Positions 18,151-28,757 are shown, numbered from the stretch's first letter. The stretch: DNA of 64,000 nt from an uncultured candidate division Zixibacteria bacterium (GCA_963702205.1 OY969724.1:1760001-1824000); one strand, 5' to 3'. The notes: generated by a model not told the origin, from the sequence alone. Program-made: numbers and translations.

Positions 18151-19266
18151 TTAAAGCTTGGCCGAAATTCCGGCGGTTATTTGTGTGCCCGACAAATCCA
18201 GGCGGCTGTTGTCGGCGTTGCCCGTGTAAAACTTAACCCCGAGTCCGACGTCGGTGTTTTCACTCAACTGACGACCGAAGCGGGCTCCGAATCCGAATAT
18301 CTTCGAATCTCCGAAACCATTCTCATCGGAGGTGATCTTTTTAAAATCGAGACCCGGAGAAATTGACCAGTCTTGCACGGGATACCAGGTTACGACCGTT
18401 CCGATTGAGAATTCATTGCCGTAGAATTTAAGGCGCTCGATTACGCTTCCGGTTGTGTCGTAGGTGGCGTTGCGTCCCCGCCAGGTGTAATGAATGGACG
18501 CGGTGGCGTCATATTTATCTTGTTTGAGCAACCCGCCGATCGCGAAATTGACTTCATCACCCTGGCTGAACACTTTGTCACCGTTGACATTGTCAGCGCT
18601 GTAAGTCGAGTAGATGAGGTTAGTGCTGAACGTGAAATGGTCTTTGTTGTATTCGGTCCCGCCGTTAATCGAGAACATATCGCCGGGATTGTAATCCTTG
18701 AAGCCTTTGTACGGCTCATAAGAACCGTTGACCTGATACATAATCCCGCCGCCGCATTCCAACTCGCCGAGCGCCCCGACCCCGCCGAGCATGAGGCTGA
18801 CGCCCAGCCCCTGGCCAAGGCGGCGCACCGGGAAGCTTAAGAAGTTCTGCGACAGGTATTCCACGACAATCCACTCATCGTCCAGGCTGAGTTTCTTCTT
18901 GCCAACAGGCAGGTTAAGCCCGACACTGGCCAGAAATCTGTCTTCTGAGAAAGAACGGTTAAGCATGACCCGGACATCGGTCAATCCGGACATGGAAAAA
19001 TCCTGTCCGCTCTGGGTCAGGCTGTTGAACGATGACGCGGCGTAAAATTGGGCCTCGAGATTTTCCTGCAGCGGAACGAATCCCGTGACCGGTATTGTCG
19101 ATTGTGAAATAGTGGCCTTGTCGCCGCCGTTCTTGATGGTCCAGTTGGTGTAAAGGAACTGCAGGCCGCCCGTGGTCGGCGTGCCGTAAATGATCTGGGC
19201 CGAAGCGCCGGAGCAGGCGAACATGATTATCGCCGCCATGATTATAAGGGTCTTTTTATCTTTCAT
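18151..19266 (-). CDS. Putative outer-membrane beta-barrel protein
   Basis: Signal peptide, alternating amphipathic strands throughout, SGLTDVRV and GLNLPVG motifs, terminal strand ITAGISAKL. Confidence 0.65.
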   Translation of the reverse strand: MKDKKTLIIMAAIIMFACSGASAQIIYGTPTTGGLQFLYTNWTIKNGGDKATISQSTIPVTGFVPLQENLEAQFYAASSFNSLTQSGQDFSMSGLTDVRVMLNRSFSEDRFLASVGLNLPVGKKKLSLDDEWIVVEYLSQNFLSFPVRRLGQGLGVSLMLGGVGALGELECGGGIMYQVNGSYEPYKGFKDYNPGDMFSINGGTEYNKDHFTFSTNLIYSTYSADNVNGDKVFSQGDEVNFAIGGLLKQDKYDATASIHYTWRGRNATYDTTGSVIERLKFYGNEFSIGTVVTWYPVQDWSISPGLDFKKITSDENGFGDSKIFGFGARFGRQLSENTDVGLGVKFYTGNADNSRLDLSGTQITAGISAKL

Positions 19267-20551
19267 CGAATGTCCCCCTTATAATGATGAGTCCATCGGC
19301 ATCCACCTGCGGAGGAGCAATAGGTGCAGGCGTGACTCCGCTGCCGGGGATGACTCCGGAGCTGCCCAGCACCGAATTGATTCGGGAATCCAGGCCATTG
19401 CCGGAGCCGGTTGTGAGAGTCCTCTGGTCGACGGCCCGAGCAAACGCTGCCTCCGTATAATTACCGCCGCCGCCGATCGCAACCGCCTGAGACATGGCTG
19501 CGGCCTGCTGATTGGCCTGATTGAATCCGCCGTCTTCATGGGTCGCACGGCGAAATTCAACTTCGGCGGCCTTATACATGCCTTTATTTTCGTAGTCCAA
19601 ACCGCGACAGTACGCGATGAAAGCCAGATAAGATTCGGTGGGAACCTGCATTATCGAATCTCTTTCCTCGGCCGTAAGCGTAATACCGAGATCATCGATA
19701 ATCTTAAAAACGAAGTCCTTTTCCATTCGGAAAAATTTCTGGACACTGCCCTCGGTTGATCCGGTCAACTCGGCCGATTTATCCCCGGTATTGACGATAG
19801 CCCCGTCGAGCCGGAGATTTTCCGCCGATCCAAGAACCGAACCGGTGACAATCTTACTGCTGCCGAGTATTTTGCCCAGGCGCGGCGCGGTAGACTTGTC
19901 GACAAAATCGGTTTTCGACAGCGCCAGTTCATTCAGCACGGCTTTAATTTGCAGACGTTCCAGGACCTTGAGCGAATGAACCTTGGCCAGGTCGATTGAA
20001 GTCAATTCCGCCAGGCCTATTCCCATGGGGGCGTAGTTGGGAGGCAGAGACGAGGCATCGAAATCGACCACCCCGATTGTGTTTGCAGGTATTTCCGCGA
20101 CGTTGATTTCGTTTTCGTGGGCCGCCACTTCGGCAGCTTCTTTCCTGAATTTCTTTTCCATCAGACGATTGAGATGAACTTTCAGCATGTCGCGGGTATC
20201 TTTGTTGGGATCGAGGCCGATTGCGGACGAATACGATTTGACCGCTTTGTCATAATCTTCCCGCTTCTCATTGACCAGGCCGAGATAGACATAAGTCCTC
20301 GCATCCGGGCTCATGTTATTGGCTTGTTTGAGCGCGTCTTCGGCCTTGTCCAGATCGCCTTTGCGGAAAAACGCCACGCCCAGTTCGCGCCAGGCTTCGG
20401 CGTTATCCGGATTGGCCCGAATTTCGTCGTAAAAAATCCCTATGGCTCTGTCGTAATCGCCCCGCTCGGAGAATTCCTGCCCCTGCATAAACAGGCTTTG
20501 CGAACATCCGACCAGCAAAAAGACAGAGAGCAAAAGAAATTTCCGGATCAT
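19256..20551 (-). CDS. Lipoprotein with TPR repeats and a CsgG/HfaB-like domain
   Basis: Lipobox LLVGC, TPRs (AEAWRELGVAFFRKGDLDKA), TIGVVDF...LKVLERLQIKAVLNELAL...STAPRLGKILGS. Confidence 0.72.
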   Translation of the reverse strand: MIRKFLLLSVFLLVGCSQSLFMQGQEFSERGDYDRAIGIFYDEIRANPDNAEAWRELGVAFFRKGDLDKAEDALKQANNMSPDARTYVYLGLVNEKREDYDKAVKSYSSAIGLDPNKDTRDMLKVHLNRLMEKKFRKEAAEVAAHENEINVAEIPANTIGVVDFDASSLPPNYAPMGIGLAELTSIDLAKVHSLKVLERLQIKAVLNELALSKTDFVDKSTAPRLGKILGSSKIVTGSVLGSAENLRLDGAIVNTGDKSAELTGSTEGSVQKFFRMEKDFVFKIIDDLGITLTAEERDSIMQVPTESYLAFIAYCRGLDYENKGMYKAAEVEFRRATHEDGGFNQANQQAAAMSQAVAIGGGGNYTEAAFARAVDQRTLTTGSGNGLDSRINSVLGSSGVIPGSGVTPAPIAPPQVDADGLIIIRGTFDER

Positions 20552-20586
20552 ATCACCCTCATTATTATAATTAACATCCGTGTGGA

Positions 20587-21633
20587 TCAGCCTGCCAGAG
20601 GCTTGTAAATCTCCATTTTATGCTTGGCTTCCGCGAACGTGCTGTCGAGGTCGAAAGCCTTCTTGAACGAATCATAAGCATTCTTATAATCGTACTTGTC
20701 AGCATAATCCAGACCGCGCGAGTACAGCGTGGTGGCGTCCTCGGATTCGGTCCCTCCGGCCTTAAGCAGATCCTTCGTCTTTTCGTCGAATTTAACATCC
20801 AGCTTATTGGCAAGTTCCTCGACCAGTTCTTTTTCCACCTTGAAATAATCCGGCTTGCCTTCTTTATCCACGGATGTAATAATCTCTGAGGTTTCCACGT
20901 TCACCGCTCGTACGACCATGCGCATATTGCGGGGATCGAGTTGGGTGATACTCCCGAAAACCATGATATTGGCGCCGAGCAGTTTCCCGGCTTTGACCGC
21001 CGTGGCCTGATCGACCTTGCCCGATTTCTGCAGTTCCAGCTCGCTTAAAATGGAATTGATTTTGTCACGTTCGATAACTTTAATCGACGAAAACTTGGAA
21101 AAATCGCTGGCGAACATGTCGGCCAGGCCTTTGCTGATATATCCCAGCTGTTCCTGATAGTCACCGACCGAATAGTTGTCGAACTGCATGATGGCAATCG
21201 TTTTGACTTTTTCACCTTCGGGGCAGGTCAGCATCGATTTAGCCTGAAGAATTCTAAACCAGCGATCGCGAAGCTCCTGCGGCCAGAAATCGTTCGGCAG
21301 TTGTATGATGCAGGGGTCGATCTTGACGATGTCTTCGAGGTAGCCAACCGATTTGTTGACATAATCCTGTCCGAGGGCATAGTTGCACATACTTAAAATA
21401 GAATAGATCGCCGCACTGTCCTTGGCCTGAAGGTCGGGACGCTGCAGCAGTTTGTTGGACAGGTCGATCCCTTTTTCGAAGTCCGCCTGCGTGTAATAAT
21501 CAAAGGCGGCGGCAAGTTGATCGGCCACAGGTTTCATCTGGTCCTGGGCGAAAGAGGGCGATGCCGCAGTTCCCAGTAAGACGGAGACTGCAACCGCAAC
21601 CAAACGGATAAAATAGCTCTTTCGGTTTGTCAT
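20587..21633 (-). CDS. Secreted CsgG/HfaB-like domain protein with TPR-like segments
   Basis: Signal peptide ending SFA, TIAIMQFDN...IKVIERDKINSILSELELQKSG...AVKAGKLLGA, C-terminal TPR. Confidence 0.72.
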   Translation of the reverse strand: MTNRKSYFIRLVAVAVSVLLGTAASPSFAQDQMKPVADQLAAAFDYYTQADFEKGIDLSNKLLQRPDLQAKDSAAIYSILSMCNYALGQDYVNKSVGYLEDIVKIDPCIIQLPNDFWPQELRDRWFRILQAKSMLTCPEGEKVKTIAIMQFDNYSVGDYQEQLGYISKGLADMFASDFSKFSSIKVIERDKINSILSELELQKSGKVDQATAVKAGKLLGANIMVFGSITQLDPRNMRMVVRAVNVETSEIITSVDKEGKPDYFKVEKELVEELANKLDVKFDEKTKDLLKAGGTESEDATTLYSRGLDYADKYDYKNAYDSFKKAFDLDSTFAEAKHKMEIYKPLAG

Positions 21634-21708
21634 GGTATCACTCCCGGTTCATTTATGAAGTTAGTTGACTTATATATTCTTATACGTTCTGGTCATACAT
21701 TAAACGAA

Positions 21709-23466
21709 TCAATCGGAAAAATCAAACGTAATTTTAACCTCCTGTCCGGAGACCACCTTAACCGAGTCCGATTTCGTAACCGTCTGTCCGCCTTTATCTA
21801 ACGAGACTTTGATTATATGCCAGCCGATCGAGGTCTGAAATCTTCCCGGGGCGGTGCGGCTCTGCAGTCGGCCATCTACATATGCCTGAACATTGGTGTA
21901 GGCCGGGGTGGCGATTCGGAACCAGGCCGAATCGGGCGAATTGGGTTTGGGCAGTTCCGGGGTCGTATGTGTGTTTTCCACCGGCTTGGGCGTGAATGCG
22001 AAACTCATTTCGGCCGTATCCGGCGGATAGATCAGTGCATTCTCGCTTAATCGTCCCTGACTGCTGACTGAACTTACCGCCCTGACAACATAGCGCCCGG
22101 AATCGAGGGGGATAATTTCATGTGTCGTTTTTCGGGCGACGAGAGAGTCATTGACATATAAATCCGCCTCCATTGTGCTCGATACATTCAGGTATCCAAC
22201 TGTAATTATTGGTGCAGAATTGATCATGAATGAGTACATCTGCGAAAAGCCGCTCGATACGCCCTCGGGACTGACCGCCTCCACTCGCCAGTAATAATGC
22301 CCGTCGGGCAAACCGGCCGTGTCGGTGTACGACGTACCCCGCAGGCGCGGTTTGAATACTTTGGTCGCGAAATTCGGATCGGTCGAAAATTCCAGATTAT
22401 AAAAACCGCCTTCACCGGCCGAACCTTCCCAGTTGAATGACGGTATATCACCGGCCAGCGGCATATTGTCCGTCGGTTCCAGCAGTTTCGGGGGAAGAGG
22501 CCCGGCGGTCGGCTGGGGTTTGTTGAAAAATAACATATAGCCGGTTATGGCGGCGGCGATGATAATTACAGCCGCGATTATGGCAACCAGAGGATTTTTC
22601 TTTTTTGGCTGCGATGCCGTTTGAACCGCCGGAGCGGCTACGTGCGTTTTGTCGGCGTCGACACAACCCATATCTTCGATAGTCTGCTGCATCTGCTTGG
22701 CCGTGGAAAATCTTTTGCCCGGCTCTTTGTCGATAGCCTTGAGAATCAGTTGATCGACGTTTTTGGGCAGTTCGGGGACAATCGAGCTCGGCTTGGGGGG
22801 GTCGCTAAACAGTTTGGCGTCGCGGATCGCGAATTCGTTGTCGCCTTTGAAGGGCAGTTCACCGGTCAGCATATAAAATATAGTCGTACCCACCGCATAT
22901 ACATCGGCCAGGGCATAGTCGGTGTCTTCATTCGGATTGAACTGCTCCGGCGCCATATACGCCGGTGTCCCGCAGGCGGCTCCGGCCCGAGTCAGGTTGG
23001 GATCGGTTTTGGCCTTGGCAATGCCGAAGTCTATGATTTTGACATTGCCGTTGTGGTCGATCATTATATTGCTGGGCTTTATGTCGCGGTGAAATATTCC
23101 CTTTTCGTGCGCGAAAGATAAAATATCAAGCACCTTGCAGGCGATATTCAGAGCATCCTCGACCTGCAGCCGCCCGTCGTTTTTTATTTTTTCATCCAGA
23201 GTAAAGCCGTCGATATATTCCATCGCGATGACGATATTGTCGCCGTGGTTGAAGAAGTGTTTGATGCGACAGATATTCGGATGACCGTCCAGAAGAGCCA
23301 GTTTATCGGCCTCCTGACGGAAACGGTCGACCAGGCTGGGATCTTCGAGGATTTTCAGGACGACCTTAAGATTGGGGACGTCTTCGTGGACTCCCAAAAA
23401 TACGCGGGCCATACCCCCGGCCCCGATTTTTTTCAAAATCTTATAATTGCCAATTTTCTCTTCCAT
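21709..23466 (-). CDS. Membrane Hanks-type Ser/Thr kinase with extracytoplasmic Fn3-like and PEGA-like domains
   Basis: GAGGMA, VVLK, HRDIKPSN, DFG and GTPAYMAPE all intact. TM LVAIIAAVIIIAAAITGYMLFF, then YYWRVEAV (Fn3-like) and YVDG/YVND PEGA-like repeats. Confidence 0.88.
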   Translation of the reverse strand: MEEKIGNYKILKKIGAGGMARVFLGVHEDVPNLKVVLKILEDPSLVDRFRQEADKLALLDGHPNICRIKHFFNHGDNIVIAMEYIDGFTLDEKIKNDGRLQVEDALNIACKVLDILSFAHEKGIFHRDIKPSNIMIDHNGNVKIIDFGIAKAKTDPNLTRAGAACGTPAYMAPEQFNPNEDTDYALADVYAVGTTIFYMLTGELPFKGDNEFAIRDAKLFSDPPKPSSIVPELPKNVDQLILKAIDKEPGKRFSTAKQMQQTIEDMGCVDADKTHVAAPAVQTASQPKKKNPLVAIIAAVIIIAAAITGYMLFFNKPQPTAGPLPPKLLEPTDNMPLAGDIPSFNWEGSAGEGGFYNLEFSTDPNFATKVFKPRLRGTSYTDTAGLPDGHYYWRVEAVSPEGVSSGFSQMYSFMINSAPIITVGYLNVSSTMEADLYVNDSLVARKTTHEIIPLDSGRYVVRAVSSVSSQGRLSENALIYPPDTAEMSFAFTPKPVENTHTTPELPKPNSPDSAWFRIATPAYTNVQAYVDGRLQSRTAPGRFQTSIGWHIIKVSLDKGGQTVTKSDSVKVVSGQEVKITFDFSD

Positions 23467-23523
23467 AATCCAAAAAATATACTTTTCCCGATATAATGAT
23501 GCAACAATAAAAGATGCTCGTAA

Positions 23524-25125
23524 TCAACGCTTCCAGAAGGATGGACGCAGCGCCAGCAGCATGGTGAAAAGCTCCAGCCGGCCGAGCAGCATCAGGACGA
23601 TAAGCACCCATTTGCCGGGTATCGGAATCCAGGCATAGGTTTGAGTGGAGCCGACACCCCCGAGTCCGGGGCCGATATTGCCCAGTGTCGCCGCCGCCGA
23701 CGAGGCCGCCGTGATAAGGTCGGGGATGAACAGAGTCATGAGGGCGGTTCCCACGACAAAGGTCACCATGAAAAGCATGAAGAATGCCCCGATGCTTATG
23801 ACCTGTTTTTCTTCCATGCTCATCCCGCCGACTTTCACCGGCACGATGGCATGGGGTGAGATTATCGTTTTTAATTCGCGCCACCCGGTCTTGAGGATGA
23901 CCATGATGCGGACCATCTTCATGCCGCCGCCCGTCGATCCGGCGCAGCCGCCCCAGAACATCAAAAGCAGAAGAGCGAAACGAAGCAGGTCGGGCCAGAT
24001 ATCGAAATCGGCGGTTCCGAATCCGGTCGTGGTAACGATCGATACAACTTGAAAGGCCGACCTCCTGAATGAACCGTAAAGCGTCGAAATCTTGGCGTTT
24101 TCTTCCTGGACGTGCTGATCGAGCTCCTGGTAAGAAACGGGAGAGTAGTGAAAGTGCTCGACCGCCTGATGAGTCGGTTTGGTTCCGGCCATGTACAATA
24201 TGCCCGTCGAGATTACTACCGTAAGAAGGATGGTGCCGACATAAAAATGCAGTTCGCTGTTGTTCTTGATGTCGATGAAATTATTGCGGAGCAGCCGATA
24301 GTGCACCATGAAATTGACGCCGGCCAGGAGCATGAATATGGTGATAACCCAGTCGATAAACTGGTTGTCGTAAAATCCGACCGACAGATTTTTCGTGGAA
24401 AAGCCCCCGGTCGCCATGGTCCCGAACGTATGACACAACGAGTCGAACCAGTTCATTCCGCCTGTCATGAGAAGAGTTGTTTCTATGCCTGATAAGAGAG
24501 CGTACACACCCCAGAGTATCGCTGCCGTCTGCGCCAGACGGGGTTGGATGCGCTCGGGCGACGGACCGGGCACTTCGCCGCGAAACATGTGGTACCCCGA
24601 AACGCCCATAGCCGGAAATATGGCGATGGCCAGCGTGATAATCCCCATGCCGCCCAGCCAGTGGGTCAAACTTCTCCAGAAAAGAATCCCGTGCGGGAGG
24701 ATTTCGACATCGTTAAATATGGTCGCGCCGGTTGTCGTGAACCCGCTGCAAATTTCAAAGTAAGCGTCGGTAAATGATTTCAGGATGCCTATGAGACTAT
24801 GATCTCCTCCACTAAGAACGAAAAAGACAAACAGCGGGATACTACCCAAAAATCCCAGCGACACCCAGCCCATTGAGACAATGGCAAAGCCCTCTTTAAT
24901 GCCCTCAAGTTGAGGTTTGGATCTAAACAACCTCGTTAAAAGATATCCGAGCAGAACTGACACCAAAACGGCCAGGATAAAACCGAGCGTCTCGGGCTTT
25001 TCGAGAATATCGGCGAAAGTATCAGGAAGATCGTAGGCCACCGCAATCGCCAGCGGGATCAGCATGATAGCGCCCAGGACCATCATCAGGCGACCGGTGA
25101 CATAAAATACGATCTTCTTGTCCAT
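23524..25125 (-). CDS. trkH: Trk potassium uptake permease
   Basis: Pore motifs SGFTTTGAT, ATGGFS, TTTGFG and GNIGPG, plus GGCAGSTGGG and GRLELF. Confidence 0.95.
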   Translation of the reverse strand: MDKKIVFYVTGRLMMVLGAIMLIPLAIAVAYDLPDTFADILEKPETLGFILAVLVSVLLGYLLTRLFRSKPQLEGIKEGFAIVSMGWVSLGFLGSIPLFVFFVLSGGDHSLIGILKSFTDAYFEICSGFTTTGATIFNDVEILPHGILFWRSLTHWLGGMGIITLAIAIFPAMGVSGYHMFRGEVPGPSPERIQPRLAQTAAILWGVYALLSGIETTLLMTGGMNWFDSLCHTFGTMATGGFSTKNLSVGFYDNQFIDWVITIFMLLAGVNFMVHYRLLRNNFIDIKNNSELHFYVGTILLTVVISTGILYMAGTKPTHQAVEHFHYSPVSYQELDQHVQEENAKISTLYGSFRRSAFQVVSIVTTTGFGTADFDIWPDLLRFALLLLMFWGGCAGSTGGGMKMVRIMVILKTGWRELKTIISPHAIVPVKVGGMSMEEKQVISIGAFFMLFMVTFVVGTALMTLFIPDLITAASSAAATLGNIGPGLGGVGSTQTYAWIPIPGKWVLIVLMLLGRLELFTMLLALRPSFWKR

Positions 25126-25136
25126 AGATAAGTACT

Positions 25137-26492
25137 TTAGCGGGCCTTGAACAGTTTGCGGACGCGGGCGGCGTTTTTGGAATGCGTTATCACGATCATT
25201 TTGTCGCCCGATTCAATCACGGTATTACCGTCGGGGATTATCATCTCGTCGCCTCGAAGAAGCGTCCCGACAATCGAGCCCTTCTGCATTTTGCTCCTGA
25301 TATGCTGCAACGGTTTGCCGGTGACCGGGCTGTCGGCATCGGCGGTCAGACGGATGGCCTCGATGTCCAGATTTCGGATGCGGACAATTCGTCCAATATG
25401 GCCCCGGTGTATCGCTTCCAGAATATTGTTGGCTATCGCCAGACGGGGATGAATAACATGATCGATCCCGATTGATTTATATAGCCGGTCGTGACGGACG
25501 TCGTTTATGACTGCGATCACCTCGCGCGCGCCTTCGGCCTTAGCCAATAGCGAAGCCATTACGTTGCTGTCGGTTTCCTTGTCGGCGGCGATGAAGAAAT
25601 CGGCGTTGCGGATATAGACCTCCTGCAATATGGCGGCATCGGTCGGGTCACCGTGAACGATATCGATATTGTTCAACATATCTGCTGCCTGACGGCCGTG
25701 GTCATAGTCCGGGTCGATCAATGTCACTTTGTCGACGAGGTTCCTGACTTCATCGGCCAGTTGCACGGCGGTCAAACTGGCCCCGGCGATAATGACATTC
25801 CTTGCCTCTTTCTGGGACCGCCCGAATAAATTAAGAAACACTTCAAGCGAAGTTCTCGGGAAAATACCGAAGACGTCGTCCTCGCCTTCGATCGTATATT
25901 CTCCGTCGGGTATGATAGCCTGCCCGCGTCGAATCGCGGCTATAAACAAAAGCGGGTGCTGTGAGGTTTCGCGTCGAATTTCCCGAAGTGATTTTCCGAC
26001 CAGCGGCATATTTTGCCGCGCCCGGTAGCCGCGCATGAGGATATTGCCATCGTGAAAATTGATGGCATCGGTCGCACCGGGCGTTTCGATGAATTGCGTG
26101 ATAGCATCGACCAGAACCGCTTCCGGGTCAGTTACCAGCGTAACGCCCATCTTTTTCAGGTCGATCGAGCCCACGCCCTCGCGGAATTCGCTCGAACGGA
26201 TACGGGCAATGCGCCGCTCCACGCCGTACTGCTCGGCGACCGAGCATATAACGATGTTATGTTCATCGAAAGGAGTGACGGCCACGACCATGTCGGCGAT
26301 TTTGATCCCGGCCGTTTCGAGAACGGCAGGGGAGGTGCCGTTGCCGCAAAGGATTTGGATGTCGGTCCGGTCGCGGATTTGTTCGTACGTGGCCGATTCT
26401 TTTTCGATCAGGGTTATGTCATGGTTTTCGTGGCGCAGGTGCTCGGCCAGACTGTAGCCGACCACGCCGCCGCCGACAATAATTATCCTCAT
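25137..26492 (-). CDS. trkA: Trk potassium uptake regulatory subunit
   Basis: MRIIIVGGGVVG, tandem RCK_N/RCK_C repeats, 451 aa, adjacent to trkH. Confidence 0.93.
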   Translation of the reverse strand: MRIIIVGGGVVGYSLAEHLRHENHDITLIEKESATYEQIRDRTDIQILCGNGTSPAVLETAGIKIADMVVAVTPFDEHNIVICSVAEQYGVERRIARIRSSEFREGVGSIDLKKMGVTLVTDPEAVLVDAITQFIETPGATDAINFHDGNILMRGYRARQNMPLVGKSLREIRRETSQHPLLFIAAIRRGQAIIPDGEYTIEGEDDVFGIFPRTSLEVFLNLFGRSQKEARNVIIAGASLTAVQLADEVRNLVDKVTLIDPDYDHGRQAADMLNNIDIVHGDPTDAAILQEVYIRNADFFIAADKETDSNVMASLLAKAEGAREVIAVINDVRHDRLYKSIGIDHVIHPRLAIANNILEAIHRGHIGRIVRIRNLDIEAIRLTADADSPVTGKPLQHIRSKMQKGSIVGTLLRGDEMIIPDGNTVIESGDKMIVITHSKNAARVRKLFKAR

Positions 26493-26648
26493 TGGCTCAG
26501 GTCATCCCCGGTTAAATCCCAGATTTTCACCATTTATATCGGAGAACCCCGCCAAAGTCAACAATAATCGGCAGAATGGAATGGCCGCGCGTTTGTGAAA
26601 TCTAAAGACGTTGACGACACCATTGTTTTTCATTAATTTTGGATTGTC

Positions 26649-27656
26649 ATGAGAATATTTTCTATAATTCCGACGATCGTATTGATCTCAATCGCATTCT
26701 TTGTCGCCTGCGATCATAACGATCATTCCGAAGAGACAATCCCCGAAGCGATTTGCACGAAAGACCCTCCGGAAAGATCCGATTCGCATACTCCGGAAAG
26801 CATGGTTGGCGATTGGAGCAACCCGGTCCGGATCGGCGAACCGATTAATACGTATTGCCCGGCCGACGCCATCGAAATTTCCGCCGATGGCCAGTATTTG
26901 TATTATATGTTCTCGTCGGACCTTCTCGAAAATATGACCCCGGCACAGATTCTGGCCAAATCGAACAATACCTATCGCGCCAAACGTATCAGCGGTCCGG
27001 GTGAGTTCGACAAGCCGGTCTATTACGATTTGGGCAAAGGAACCGATGGCTCTCTCGACGGTGAGTTGAGTTTCACGTCCGACGGTTCAAAAGTCTACTT
27101 TCATTCCAACCGGGCGGCCAATACCGGGTATCAGGCCAATCCTACGGTAATAGATATTTTGGACATCTATATTGCCGATATCGTGAACGGTGAACCACAG
27201 GCCGGTATCAATCTGGGGCCGCCGGTCAATTCCATCTATGCCGACGGTGAACATGCGCTATATCCAGATGACCATACCTTGTATTTTGCGTCGCGACGCT
27301 ACGATGACGCCAACAACCCCGATATATGGAAATCGACATTTGACGGGACCTCCTGGACCGATCCGGTCAAGCTCGGTTCCAATATCAATACGACTTTCGC
27401 CGAGCTGCAGCCGGCGTTTACCCCCGACGGCGACACCATGTATTTTACGTCGGATCGAAATCCGCTGATCGGCGCGGCTATTTACCGCAGCGCACGAAAC
27501 GGCGATGACTGGGGCGTGCCGCAACTTGTCATTACAGGCGTGGTCGGCGAGGCGTCGCTTACCGCCGACGGCCAGCTGATGTATTTCGTGCACGTCCTGA
27601 GCGACGCCAACGGCACTTTCGATTCCGATGTCTGGTATGTCGAAAGAACAAGATGA
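26649..27656 (+). CDS. Lipoprotein with PD40/TolB-like beta-propeller repeats
   Basis: Lipobox FFVAC, repeats ISADGQYLYY, FTSDGSKVYFHSNR, NLGPPVNS and FTPDGDTMYFTSDR. Confidence 0.8.
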   Translation: MRIFSIIPTIVLISIAFFVACDHNDHSEETIPEAICTKDPPERSDSHTPESMVGDWSNPVRIGEPINTYCPADAIEISADGQYLYYMFSSDLLENMTPAQILAKSNNTYRAKRISGPGEFDKPVYYDLGKGTDGSLDGELSFTSDGSKVYFHSNRAANTGYQANPTVIDILDIYIADIVNGEPQAGINLGPPVNSIYADGEHALYPDDHTLYFASRRYDDANNPDIWKSTFDGTSWTDPVKLGSNINTTFAELQPAFTPDGDTMYFTSDRNPLIGAAIYRSARNGDDWGVPQLVITGVVGEASLTADGQLMYFVHVLSDANGTFDSDVWYVERTR

Positions 27657-27659
27657 CGT

Positions 27660-28757
27660 ATGAAGAAATTACTCGTTCCAGTCCTGATATTCTTGTGCTT
27701 TGCCGGGCTGTACTATTCGATAGCACTATTGTCCCGCGATCGTGCCCTTTTCAAGCCGGTCTGGGACATCCAGCATTATGTCAACATTTCCGAAACCGGT
27801 TACGAGGTGCATCCCTGCACGCCCCGCGATTACCCGCCCGGCAAGATGTGCGGCAACGTCGGCTGGTATCCCGGCTGGCCGCTGGTTATGAAAGTCCTTC
27901 GCCCGATTTTGGGGGGATCGTCGCAGGCGACATATATTATTTTGTCAGCACTTTTGACGCTGGCCGGCTTTATACTTCTGTACCGCTTTGTCGATAACTT
28001 GTCGGGCAAAATGGCCGCGTTTTTCTCGGTCGCGGCACTGGCCGGTTCACCGGCCGGATTTTATTTGTTGACCGGGTTTCCGTACGCCCTGTTTCTTTTC
28101 CTGTTCGCGATATATTTGCATGCCTTCTATTCCAAATCTATTCGCTTACGCAACGTAATTCTGATAGCTTTGGCGATGGGGATGAGCCTTACCTATCCGA
28201 CCGGCCTGCTGTTTGCCGCAATTCCATTTGTACATGAACTCGCACGGCAATGGAAATCCGGCAGCTTCAAATTTGATCTCAAGCGGGACGGAAAGACAAT
28301 TTTCGTTTACGTGGTGCCGTTTTTTCTTGGGCTTTTAATCCTGTGGACCTATTTCTATTTCAAATTCGATAATTTTTTCGTGCAGCTTGAATTTCAAGCC
28401 CGGTATCATCGGACGTGGTCGTTTCCGCTGACCATTATCTATCGCAGCCTGGCCGGTTATCCCATCACGTCGCCAGAAAATCTCGTTTTGATCTGGTATG
28501 GTCTGGCGCTGCTTTTATTTATTCCGTATAAAATCAAACCTGAGCTTTGGATTTTGGGGGTTATATTATTCCTGTTTTCACCGGCTACGGGCACAACGAT
28601 GTCGATCTACCGCCATTATCTGGCGGCTTTTCCTATGTATATTATAATCGGGACATCGCCCCGCCCCAAATGGTTGAAAGGCGTTTTTATAGCCGTCGGG
28701 CTGGCGTTTTCGCTGGTTTGGCTTCTGCCTACTTTTCTTGATTTTAAACTAATATAA
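27660..28757 (+). CDS. Polytopic GT-C glycosyltransferase (PIG-V/mannosyltransferase-like)
   Basis: WDIQHYVNISETGY...WYPGWP resembles the WD-x-x-Y...F-x-PLYP family motif. Many TM helices, SIYRH near the C-terminus. Confidence 0.65.
   Translation: MKKLLVPVLIFLCFAGLYYSIALLSRDRALFKPVWDIQHYVNISETGYEVHPCTPRDYPPGKMCGNVGWYPGWPLVMKVLRPILGGSSQATYIILSALLTLAGFILLYRFVDNLSGKMAAFFSVAALAGSPAGFYLLTGFPYALFLFLFAIYLHAFYSKSIRLRNVILIALAMGMSLTYPTGLLFAAIPFVHELARQWKSGSFKFDLKRDGKTIFVYVVPFFLGLLILWTYFYFKFDNFFVQLEFQARYHRTWSFPLTIIYRSLAGYPITSPENLVLIWYGLALLLFIPYKIKPELWILGVILFLFSPATGTTMSIYRHYLAAFPMYIIIGTSPRPKWLKGVFIAVGLAFSLVWLLPTFLDFKLI

Noticed and set aside
19256..21633. Curli secretion (csg) operon
   Set aside because: Only CsgG-like domains fused to TPRs are present; no csgA/B/E/F-like genes were seen.
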